A DNA stretch of 63,324 nt, counting the filler, from Lenisia limosa (lineage: Eukaryota; Protista; Breviatea), in assembly GCA_001655205.1 (NCBI GenBank). It is 8 parts of 8 records of this genome, joined end to end, with 100 filler letters (N's around TTAATTAATTAA, not from the genome) between each part and the next. Parts side by side here need not be neighbours in the genome. Positions count along the whole stretch, not along the records: positions 13,010 to 16,315 come from LPNZ01011679.1; positions 16,416 to 19,444 come from LPNZ01006892.1; positions 19,545 to 20,829 come from LPNZ01002825.1; positions 20,930 to 25,260 come from LPNZ01007750.1; 4 more parts are not named here. One strand, 5' to 3'. Numbering within the stretch: position 1 is the first letter of the stretch; the number at the start of each line of letters is the position of its first letter. The translations under genes were made by a program, and so were the position numbers. The notes under the pieces were generated by a model. That model did not search any database. It was not told the DNA's origin and saw nothing but the letters and a program-made list of their open reading frames with translations. Below, piece by piece: positions 14,601 through 23,900 of the stretch.

Positions 14601-16315
14601 ATGAAGACAATCTTTACAGCTTTGCTGATTGCCCTTTTGGCGGTTCCCTGCTTGTCTCTTCACACTTTCATCAACGAAGGCCAGAAATGGTGCCTCTCAG
14701 AAGAAGTGGGAAGCCAAAACTAGCGGCCAAACTGACTGTTTTAGATCCCCGAGAATACTCTCGTTGTTTCCAAGTTCAAGTTCTCATATGCCGACGATTC
14801 ACCGGTTGAGAGTCGCCAGATGCAGCCTACTCTTGGTAAGCAGGCTTTTAGGGCAAGAGCGGTTTGGAGTATTGGCTCACTGTTCAAGGTGTCGACGTTG
14901 TTGTCCGCGACCCGAGGGAAGAGATCATTCTCAAGCAAAAGAAGACTAAGGAAGCGCGTGTGGTACGTGTGGAGGCTTTTGATGATCATGTTCCTTCACA
15001 GCAGCGCTCTCCTTCACTCCTTCAGGCCTTTACCAGCCAAGAAGCCGGAGATCACAACATCTGCCTCCAGACTAACACCACCAGATGGTTCGGTGCTGCC
15101 CGCAGACTGGTGAGGCATTTGGGTGGAAAATCGAAGATCGTTCTTTGAGCATGATGTTTATGAGCTCTTGTAATATGCAATCAACTGTAAAAAGATGATG
15201 ATTGAAACTGCGGGGGGGGGGGGTNNNNNNNNNNNNNNNNNNNNNNNNNNNNNNNNNNNNNNNNNNNNNNNNNNNNNNNNNNNNNNNNNNNNNNNNNNNN
15301 NNNNNNNNNNNNNNNNNNNNNNNNNNTTCTACTTCCAAAACTATTTAGGAGGAGGGGAGTCAATATAGTTGAAATGATGGCTTTAAGCTTGAAAGTAATC
15401 TCGTTTGAACGAGTGTTTTAGATCATTGGAAACAATATTAATAAAATCCTGGAAATACACTGTAACTTGCGATAAGTCTTGACCAATTTGCTATAAGATT
15501 TCCCAAGGAAAATCGGTCAAGACTTCCCGGTCACCGTATATCTCTCTCTTTTACATGCACTGTTGTGGAGGCTTCACCCAACTCTTTTTTTCTCTTTCAT
15601 TTCTTCATGCTATTATCAAAGTTTCCTTTCCACCTTTATGTTGGTTCTTTTTTGTTTTGATACTAGTTTACCGTTGGGATGCGGTGTTGCATAAATTTTC
15701 CATTTTCACACCCGTAACCCCCGCAGCGTGTGGACTTTGAAGTTTCCGTCGGTTCTAACGCTATTGACTACGACAGCATTGCCAAGGCTGATGATTTGTC
15801 ATGTGGGAGGGGGTGTATATTAGAATGTCCCTCGATAAATCCTCGATAAATATCGATATTTTACCGGTCTTTATCGGGCCGTTGGGAAGCCCAATGTATA
15901 ATGATTTGTCATGTGGGGGTGAGTGTTAAGTATGGTTAAGGATGATAGTTTGTCTTGTGGAGGGCGGTGAAAGCATGACAAAGGAGGGTGATGGTTGCCA
16001 TGTGTGTGGAGGGGGGGACTTCAAAGAGAGACTTGGACTATTCTTCATCTATATTTCCTTCGTTTTCAATGCGGGAATGTGATGCGGTGCTGCAGAAGTA
16101 ACTGGCGTGGGTTTTTTTGTTTTGTTGTTTTCAACCCTCGTTTGTTGCTCCACAACAGAGTTGATTTTGGGCTTTTTTATTGTTTTAGATATCATATCTC
16201 TTGGGCTTGAATTTCTCGATAAATCTTCGATAAATATCGATATTTTACCGGTCTTTTCCGGACCGTAGGGAAGCCCTACTCATTCCCTATAGCAATCGAC
16301 CTCCGTTTCCGCCGC
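14601..16315 (+). CDS. p24/emp24/gp25L (TMED4/9-like, alpha subfamily) GOLD-domain cargo receptor, 3' end truncated
   Basis: Spliced exons read MKTIFTALLIALLAVPCLSLHTFINEGQKWCLSEE | IPENTLVVSKFKF...QPTL | GVDVVVRDPREEIILKQKKTKEARV | AFTSQEAGDHNICLQTNTTRWFGAARRL (ends 15109) | RVDFEVSVGSNAIDYDSIAKADDLS (from 15727) | SIDLRFRR. This is a signal peptide, GOLD domain and start of the coiled coil, with consistent intron phases. Confidence 0.88.
15458..15536. mobile_element. ~75-bp Tc1/mariner-like mini-MITE, copy 1 (other copies 21929-21998 and 62358-62429)
   Basis: Consensus TIR CAGTGACCGGGATAAGTCTTGACC / GGTCAAGACTTATCCCGGTCACTG around the core GATTTGCTATGTGATTTCCCAAGGA. TA flanks both ends of this copy. 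It lies in a p24 intron. Confidence 0.65.
15831..15892. mobile_element. Palindromic MITE-like family A, partial copy
   Basis: CTCGATAAATCCTCGATAAATATCGATATTTTACCGGTCTT...GAAGCCC, shared with at least seven other copies in 16.2-25.1 kb. Confidence 0.75.
16203..16276. mobile_element. Palindromic MITE-like family A copy
   Basis: GGGCTT...CTCGATAAATCTTCGATAAATATCGATATTTTACCGGTCTTTTCCGGACCGTAGGGAAGCCC in the last visible p24 intron. Confidence 0.75.
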
Positions 16316-16415
16316 NNNNNNNNNNNNNNNNNNNNNNNNNNNNNNNNNNNNNNNNNNNNTTAATTAATTAANNNNNNNNNNNNNNNNNNNNNNNNNNNNN
16401 NNNNNNNNNNNNNNN

Positions 16416-16458
16416 GCATAAAACCCGTAACTGACGGTTATACGAGACCGTTGTAAAC
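16416..16458 (+). repeat. Right arm of an attC-like palindromic inter-cassette repeat (unit 0, truncated)
   Basis: GTAAC-N7-TATAC-GAGACC-GTTGTAAAC has the same right-arm layout as units 1 and 2. Confidence 0.65.
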
Positions 16459-16480
16459 AATTTAAAACCAAATTTTACGA

Positions 16481-16936
16481 ATGAAAAAACTAAATTTATT
16501 TATCGGACTTCTGATTGGATTTATGATTTTATCTTGTTCATCTGATGATGATAATTCTAACTCAAATAATTTAATTGGAACTTGGAAGCCAATCAAGGAA
16601 GTTGATATATGTTCAACTGGAAGCGAACAAGTTTCTGAATATTCAGAATGCAGACAAACAGGTAGATTAACTTTTTCTTCAAATGAATCTATGACTGTAA
16701 CAGTATATGAAGTTGACTTGGGAGTTTGTGAGCAAATTTACAATGCTAATGGAACTTGGACTCTTAATGGAGATGACTTAACCATTACCATTGCTGGAGA
16801 AACTGACTCACCAACATTTTTTGAACTTACAAACAATACTCTGCGGATTGGTTATTATGATTCTGACCCAAATGACCCTTGTGATGGGGAAAATTTACCC
16901 TCACATTATTATACGGAATATATTAGAATTCAATAA
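16481..16936 (+). CDS. Bacteroidota lipoprotein with lipocalin-like domain
   Basis: Intronless 151-aa ORF. Signal peptide II MKKLNLFIGLLIGFMILSC followed by SSDDD, then the LIGTWK (GxW) lipocalin-like motif and GTWTLNGDDLTIT. Confidence 0.85.
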   Translation: MKKLNLFIGLLIGFMILSCSSDDDNSNSNNLIGTWKPIKEVDICSTGSEQVSEYSECRQTGRLTFSSNESMTVTVYEVDLGVCEQIYNANGTWTLNGDDLTITIAGETDSPTFFELTNNTLRIGYYDSDPNDPCDGENLPSHYYTEYIRIQ

Positions 16937-16943
16937 AAAAACT

Positions 16944-17143
16944 GTTTACAACAACGTGTATAGCTCATTGCTGGTCAGTTGCTTAACCGAAGTTAAGGCA
17001 TATTTGGAAAGTCGCCAAATTTTTAAATTTGACGATTTCCAAAAAAAAGATAAATAGTAAAATTTAAAAATCTGGCTTGTGGCTCAACCGAAAAATAATC
17101 GCTAATTTGCACGCAACGAGCCATACACAACACCGTTGTAAAC
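16944..17143 (+). repeat. 200-bp attC-like imperfect palindrome (unit 1)
   Basis: GTTTACAAC-AAC-GTGTA-TAGCTCA-TTGC ... GCAA-CGAGCCA-TACAC-AACACC-GTTGTAAAC, with internal hairpins (CTTAAC-cgaa-GTTAAG; TTGGAAAGTCG..CGATTTCCAA). It starts 7 nt after the upstream stop codon. Confidence 0.8.
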
Positions 17144-17165
17144 AATTTAAAACCAAATTTTACGA

Positions 17166-17408
17166 ATGAANNNNNNNNNNNNNNNNNNNNNNNNNNNNNN
17201 NNNNNNNNNNNNNNNNNNNNNNNNNNNNNNNNNNNNNNNNNNNNNNNNNNNNNNNNNNNNNNNNNNNNNNNNNNNNNNNNNNNNNNNNNNNNNNNNNNNN
17301 NNNNNNNNNNNNNNNATTTCCACTCAAACGGAATTAGAAAAAGTTAGCAGATTAAAGATAAATAAAAGTAATCGGAACAAAAAAACTACTACTTGCAACA
17401 CCGTATAA
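17166..17408 (+). CDS. Cassette ORF mostly hidden by an N gap; the two sides may belong to different genes
   Basis: ATGAA follows a leader identical to that of 16481. Positions 17171-17315 are N. The visible C-terminus reads into repeat unit 2. Confidence 0.4.
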   Translation: MXXXXXXXXXXXXXXXXXXXXXXXXXXXXXXXXXXXXXXXXXXXXXXXXXISTQTELEKVSRLKINKSNRNKKTTTCNTV

Positions 17409-17523
17409 AAAAAATTGCTATTTTGTGCTTAATTAAAGTGTGTTGCTTTTTTGCTTGCTTCTGATTTTCCTACGGAAAATCCTCGCGCACAAAAACGCAA
17501 CTTTCTTTATACAAAAACGTTGC
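17395..17523 (+). repeat. 129-bp attC-like imperfect palindrome (unit 2)
   Basis: GCAAC-ACC-GTATA-AAAAAAA-TTGC..TTTTGTGC ... GCACAAAA..GCAA-CTTTCTT-TATAC-AAAAAC-GTTGC, with internal hairpin TTTTCCtacGGAAAA. The next ATG is 8 nt downstream. Confidence 0.8.
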
Positions 17524-17530
17524 CCACAAT

Positions 17531-18049
17531 ATGAAAAAGACGCTATCAATAATATTAATCGTACTGACGATTGGGATTTCGAAAGCTGAAAGTTTAATTA
17601 CAGCTCAATATCCTGACAAGATTATTTACAATGGAAAAGAGTTCGATTTAAACTCAAATCCATTAGAACCATATTTTGAGAAAAATCCTGAAAATCGACC
17701 AGATATGGTATCAACAGCACTTTGGCGTGGATATGTTGGTCATTTTGAGATAATCGAAAACGAGCTATATCTAACTGATATGAAAAGACCAGTTGGTTAT
17801 AGAGATGACGATGGAAATTTTCAAGAAAAATGGGTTTCAATCTACAGAATGTATTTTCCAAGACAGGAAAAAGTAAAAATCGATTGGTTTAGTGGAATTC
17901 TGATTTTACCACACGGAAAAATGGTGCAATATGTTCATCAAGGTTACGCATCAACGTATAGTAAATACTGGCTTCTCGAAATTGAGAATGGAAAATTTAA
18001 TGAGGCTCGAAAATATAATAATAAAGAATTTGTAAAGTTCAAAAAACGT
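17531..18049 (+). CDS. Secreted Bacteroidota-type hypothetical protein, 3' truncated at gap
   Basis: Signal peptide MKKTLSIILIVLTIGISKA, then TAQYPDKIIYNGK...NPLEPYFEKNP...STALWRGYVG. Intronless; ends at the 10-N gap. Confidence 0.75.
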
Positions 18050-18085
18050 NNNNNNNNNNTACCTCATTTCCAAACTGAATGTAAA

Positions 18086-18578
18086 ATGAAAATATTTCCA
18101 ACTAACAATTATCAATTTGAACTTAAAAAAGAAAGTTCAGATGCGTTGTCTGAATTGGAAAAAAATACAATGATAACTGACTCTCTTGTTTCGGAGTGGA
18201 CTAAAAAAGCGTTTATCGGACAAGTAAACACAAACGGATTTAAAATAATCTCATCAAAACCTGGACGTGGAGCATTTTGCGTTTTAGAGGGAAAAGTTGA
18301 ATCTTATAACGGAACTCTTGAAATCAGAATTCATAAAGCCTTCAAAGTAATGTTATCACTTATCTTTTTATTCCCAATAATCGGATTTTTAATAGCATTG
18401 TTTACAAAAGAAAAAGAGATTATAATTTCTTTGATAATTCCGACTTTAATGGCTGTCGTTGTTTTTAGATTTATTTTCACGGAATTAGCATTTAGAATTA
18501 TATCAAAAAACGGACTGAATAAACTGACTGAAATAATCGGAATAACAAAACTGAAAAAAAACGAGGTACAACACCGGC
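18086..18578 (+). CDS. Bacterial two-TM membrane hypothetical protein
   Basis: MKIFPTNNY... with two hydrophobic helices (VMLSLIFLFPIIGFLIALF; IIISLIIPTLMAVVVFRFIF). It runs into the start of another repeat arm (ACAAC-ACC at ~18568). Confidence 0.7.
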
Positions 18579-18687
18579 NNNNNNNNNNNNNNNNNNNNNN
18601 NNNNNNNNNNNNNNNNNNNNNNNNNNNNNNNNNNNNNNNNNNNNNNNNNNNNNNNNNNNNNNNNNNNNNNNNNNNNNNNNNNNNNNN

Positions 18688-19436
18688 TTGGACTTTTAAT
18701 CGGATTAACAATTTTGTCCTGTTCATCAGATGACAATAACGGAACTGATGACCAAACACCTGAAGAAACGACTAAATTACTCAAAAAGATGACCTTTAGC
18801 GGAAATGGAAACTATTCCCTAACATTTTACTACAACACAAACGAGAAACTTGACCGAATAGAAAGTACTGGAACAGGTGATGATTTTATAAAACAATTTT
18901 ACTACGACAATGGCGTTTTAGACAGAGCTGAATTTCAAGATTTGAGCGGAGTTTCAGACGGTTCAGTTGAACAGTACGTTTACAACAATGGATTACTTAT
19001 AGAACGACAAGATTTTTATAATACCACTACTCTTGACGAGCGATTTCTCTATTCGTTTAACAACAGCAACATCGACAATATTCAATATGTTGGAAATGGT
19101 CAAACTACATATTCAGAAGAGTATATTTTTGAGTATGACTCAAATAATAATGTGCTTTTAAGAAAACACGATTACTTAAATACTGTCATTTCTGACCAAG
19201 AATTGACATTTACATATGACAATAAAAAAAGTCCTTTTCTGAATTTAGAACCTAACATAGTTCTAATAGATGACTTTTTCTCTTTTGTAAATAACCCAAC
19301 TTCTCAAATTTTAACCGATTTATCAAACAATTCTGTGATTTCGGAAAAAAACTATACATATACATATGATAATGATGATTATGCTATTTCAAGAACCGAT
19401 GGAACAGAAACAATTACGTATGAATATTATGAATAA
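18688..19436 (+). CDS. Bacteroidota surface lipoprotein with YD-like beta-hairpin repeats, 5' end in gap
   Basis: (I)GLLIGLTILSCSSDDNN lipobox, then repeated FYYNTNEKLDRIE / FYYDNGVLDRAE / YVYNNGLLIER / FEYDSNNNVLLRK / YTYDNDDYAISR. The stop is followed by AAACTGTT, the start of a unit-1-type arm. Confidence 0.8.
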
Positions 19437-20185
19437 AAACTGTTNNNNNNNNNNNNNNNNNNNNNNNNNNNNNNNNNNNNNNNNNNNNTTAATTAATTAA
19501 NNNNNNNNNNNNNNNNNNNNNNNNNNNNNNNNNNNNNNNNNNNNCCCCCCCCCCCCCCCACTGCCTCACTTTTATTTTTGAGTGGAAGAACCCTGAGATC
19601 GCAATAGCATGAACACGTCCGTCCCTCACCCCCCCAGGGCCCCCCGCATGGCCACTGCTGGCAAAACTCCTCGTCGCACCCCCAGAAGAATCGGCCTTTA
19701 ACTCACGTGTACTACTATATAATGTATCTTTAGACATGGTATCTCAAGCAACCATTTATTGCTTCAAATTATTGAGACAGAGTTTTTCATAGGAGTAAAA
19801 ATTCTAGATATACGCGCCGTCTTCTGCTCTATGTTGCGCGAACAACTCTATTATTACTTGAGACTGGCTTACACATATTATGTACTATCCAAGAGACTTT
19901 ACCAAAAAAAAAAAAAAAAGTAAANNNNNNNNNNNNNNNNNNNNNNNNNNNNNNNNNNNNNNNNNNNNNNNNNNNNNNNNNNNNNNNNNNNNNNNNNNNN
20001 NNNNNNNNNNNNNNNNNNNNNTCTGTTTACTATCACGTGGTTCCCCATTACAGTCTCACTCAATAACAAAATTTCTCAATATTGTCAGAGTTCTAGATTT
20101 AGAATAAAGAATGTGTATCATCACATTAAATTAACTATACTTTGCCCCTCTCCCATCATTGGTGCGAATATCGAATAAATAAGAC

Positions 20186-20559
20186 TTAGAGCGACTTAAT
20201 CAAGGCAGTCAAACTAGCCATTGTGTCCGGAATAACCTACGTTGTCAGGAGTAAAACGAAGATTATGAAACAATAAAAGAAAAATAAAAGCCCAAAATCA
20301 ACTCAGTTGGCTTTCAAATACTGTTTTTGATTTGCAAATTAACACATTTTTAAAAAGGATGGTCATTTCTGAAACGAAAATCATCTCTTAGCCGGAGGGA
20401 GAATAAACAAGATGACAATATTATTACAAAAGCCTACCACGGCTGTAGTGGTTCTAATAGCAATACGGACTGCAGCGGCCTGGGCATTATATTTAATTTC
20501 GGCCAAAATTCCTGCCCCATTGATGAAGCGGGCGGAAGTAAAGAACGTTTCGTGCCCAT
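20186..20559 (-). CDS. C-terminal exons resembling the beta-adaptin appendage C-terminal subdomain
   Basis: Exon 20438-20559 reads GHETFFTSARFINGAGILAEIKYNAQAAAVRIAIRTTTAV; phase-0 exon 20186-20236 reads VIPDTMASLTALIKSL*. By eye this resembles GQDMLYQSLKLTNGIWILAELRI of beta-2 adaptin. Upstream exons are unresolved. Confidence 0.4.
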
Positions 20560-20929
20560 CTGAGGGGGGTAAATTGGGGAAACACAAAAAAAAAGCACAA
20601 AATCAACTTTTTTGGCTGACAACACACAAGGGTTGATAACAGCAAAACAAACAAAGCTCAGGCCAGTCGCTTCTGCAGTATTGACCCCATCACTCCGCAG
20701 TTAGCTGCGACTTGGTACGCCATACACATTTGAATTGACCTTCCCTAAAGATCATCTCCGCCAACCTCCTTCCAGGAATAGAAGAATCCCCTTATTCCCC
20801 AAACCCCCACGCCACCCTACCCGGACTTCNNNNNNNNNNNNNNNNNNNNNNNNNNNNNNNNNNNNNNNNNNNNTTAATTAATTAANNNNNNNNNNNNNNN
20901 NNNNNNNNNNNNNNNNNNNNNNNNNNNNN

Positions 20930-23900
20930 GCTTCGGAGAGGCAGTAGGGGCAGGCGAGGGGGAGGGCGAGACGCAGCGCGAGCGTTTAGAGGGACGAAGC
21001 CTTCGATTTCTGAATAGTTAGGAATACGGCCACTGAGTATGTTGGGAGATTGTCAATAACTCAAGGGGGTAAGAGTTGGGCTTCAATTCGGTTCGAAAAA
21101 AGACAATGTCTCGATAAATCCTCGAAAACTATCGAACTGAAGTGAAGCTCCAGTAAGGACCCCAGGATATAATGTTCGATCTTCACTTTCGGTTTCACCA
21201 AAAGACTTGTCGATATACAATAATATCGATATTTCGAAGGTTTATCGCGAGTTCAGTCTTTTCGGAAAAGAACATTTCGATGATTTCTCGAGAAATTTGG
21301 TCATTTTCAAATTGGAGTGAAGTCTTAGCTCTCAAGCTAAAAACGGATTACCCCCCCCCCCCCCCCNNNNNNNNNNNNNNNNNNNNNNNNNNNNNNNNNN
21401 NNNNNNNNNNNNNNNNNNNNNNNNNNNNNNNNNNNNNCGCCTAAAAATAATGAGATCTTGGGGGTACGTGGGGAGTAAAACGAAGAAAATTTCAATGAAG
21501 AATATTGGCGTGAAGGTACTAATCACGAACAAAATAATCTGACACTCCAAACAAACAAAACAAGCAACAATCACGAGCAACCAACGTAAAACAGGTGGGG
21601 AGGGGGTCCGAGTAAGTTCAACGACTGAAACGATTGTTGCAAAAGGGCTTTGTCAACACCCGATTCAGTGCCTGGTCAGCACCCCTCGAACATTATTATC
21701 ACTTACCTCGAATACCCCACTTTTGAAAGAACAATAATTGTCTTTACACTTCCACTCACCCCCCCCCCCCCNNNNNNNNNNNNNNNNNNNNNNNNNNNNN
21801 NNTAATCAAGTGGCGTGACACCCTCCTGAGAATGTGAGCGTTGCATAAATTGCTGAAACTCGTGGGTTCAATTCCCGGACTGGTTAGTTTTTTAAAATTT
21901 GTTTTAATGGTATCCCACTGTATATATACAGTGAATAAGTCTTGACCGATTTGCAGTGTGACTTCCCAAGGAAGGTCAAGACTTACCCAGGTCACATGAT
22001 ATGCAGCTATATGATTTATAACTCTATTTCTGAATTTCATGCATCATGTAATGTAAGTTGGGTTAGGGAGGGAAGTTGATGTGAACATACATATTTTGAC
22101 ATAGCTATATTATCATTTTACTTGTTCCTGTATCGAGTCTCATACTGGTCAGAGCAATTCTACATATAGCTACCCATCCTCCTCACGTCATCAGGAATAT
22201 GTATACCCATCCTCCTCACGTCATCAGGAATATGTAGGTCGGCCCCGTTTCGGATGAGCATTAGGGCTGAGTTGATGCGGTTTGCGTGTACCGAAAGCAT
22301 CACCGGGGTTCTTCCGTTGATCTGGTGTGTAAGGGGCACTTCGGTTCAAAAAAAAACTCGGTAAAATATTCGAGGATTTATCAAGAATTTCAGTCTTCTT
22401 TTCGAACCGAAATGAAGCCCTAGTGGGGTGGCTTCAAAAAGATTGAATTTCACGATAAATCCTCGATAAATATCGATATTACTACAGGTCTTTTTCGGAC
22501 CGAAGTGAACCTCAAAGTAAACACAACAATCCTTTCGTGTGATGGTAAAGAAAAAAGTATTTCACGATTTGCTATCTAACCTGTCTGCACGGTTCGTCGA
22601 TTTTGCCCCCAGCGTCCACAAGGATTTTGACTACTGAGGAATAGCCGTGTTTAGCCGCAATGTGAAGGGCCGTCTGTAGGTGGAAAATTTATGAAACAAA
22701 GTAAAATTGGAAAATGGATAGGGGGGGGGGGGGNNNNNNNNNNNNNNNNNNNNNNNNNNNNNNNNNNNNNNNNNNNNNNNNNNNNNNNNNNNNNNNNNNN
22801 NNNNNNNNNNNNNNNNNNNNNNNNNNNNNNNNNNNNNNNNNNNNNNNNNNNNNNNNNNNNNNNNNNNNNNNNNNNNNNNNNNNNNNCGGTAAAATTAGAA
22901 AATTGGTGAGTAAAATTGGAAAATTTTGGGGGAAAAACTCTCTGTTGGCTGACAATACGGTCTATATTGGGTAAAACAAAAGAAATTTAGATGAAGAATA
23001 TTGGCCTAAAGGTACTAATCACGAATCGAATAATCTGAAACTCCAAACAAACAAAAAACAATATGGGGGGGGGGGGGGNNNNNNNNNNNNNNNNNNNNNN
23101 NNNNNNNNNNNNNNNNNNNNNNNNNNNNNNNNNNNNNNNNNNNNNNNNNNNNNNNNNNNNNNNNNNNNNNNNNNNNNNTGGCTGAAAACACAAAGATAAC
23201 AACAAAACAAAAAAAAAAGTCCAGGCAGTAAAACTGGGACAACCCCCCATCATTTTATATACATGTACTCCTGGACATTTCCCTGCTTACAGCAGTAACA
23301 TAATTTGGACTAACACCTGCATTAATGAGGGCGCTAAAGAGTACTTGGTCCTTAGAGGCCACTGCGATGTCCATTGCAACGTCTCCGTCCTATTCCAGTT
23401 AAATGTGGAGGGAAATGGGGTGGAATAATGGTTGGAAATTATAACATGTTAGATTCATAAATTTGTTGAGAATTTAGGTTTGAGGAATTCCCCTCTAATA
23501 TTACATTATGAAAGGAAGTACAATCAATTGTTTCAATATATGAACAAAAGCAAATTTATGAATTTAACATGTCCGCAAGACGGAATATTTCATTATATCC
23601 TCGATAAATATCGATATTTTACCGGTCTTTTTGGGACCGTAGGGAAGCCCTATATGTCTCTAACATTCCATGTATTTCCTTACCATGATAGAGGTGGGGC
23701 TGATAAAAATGGAAATTTTCTGAACCAAAAAAAAAACGCTAGGAGGGACAACTCACCTCATCCGGCGCCATAATATTGCCGCCAGCCTCGACTATGGCTT
23801 TCAGTAGCTCCTCGTGATTGGATTTGGCTCGGATGACATTGTGTACTAGGGCCGGGAGCTGGAGGGGTGAAAAAGGAACATTTAGGAAGTAAGAGGAAAG

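Larger units (their letters stand above)
21495..23061. repeat. ~70-bp dispersed intronic repeat (21495-21562 and 22991-23061)
   Basis: ATGAAGAATATTGGCsTrAAGGTACTAATCACGAA..AATAATCTGA.ACTCCAAACAAACAAAA occurs twice. Confidence 0.75.

Noticed and set aside
16944-17523. CRISPR array or simple rho-independent terminators
   Set aside because: The repeats are 130-200 bp, variable in length and separated by whole genes. They are much longer than terminators and lack a U-tract at the stem end.
17531-18733. The 400-aa ORF in the supplied track
   Set aside because: It is a fusion through N gaps of at least two unrelated proteins (17531-18049 and 18086-18578) and runs through a repeat arm.
16416-19444. 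Horizontal transfer of bacterial genes into the eukaryote
   Set aside because: The segment is isolated by artificial spacers on both sides, with no junction to host sequence and no introns.
19604-19710. MATAGKTPRR as a histone H3/CENP-A tail
   Set aside because: The frame stops within a few codons and no histone fold follows.
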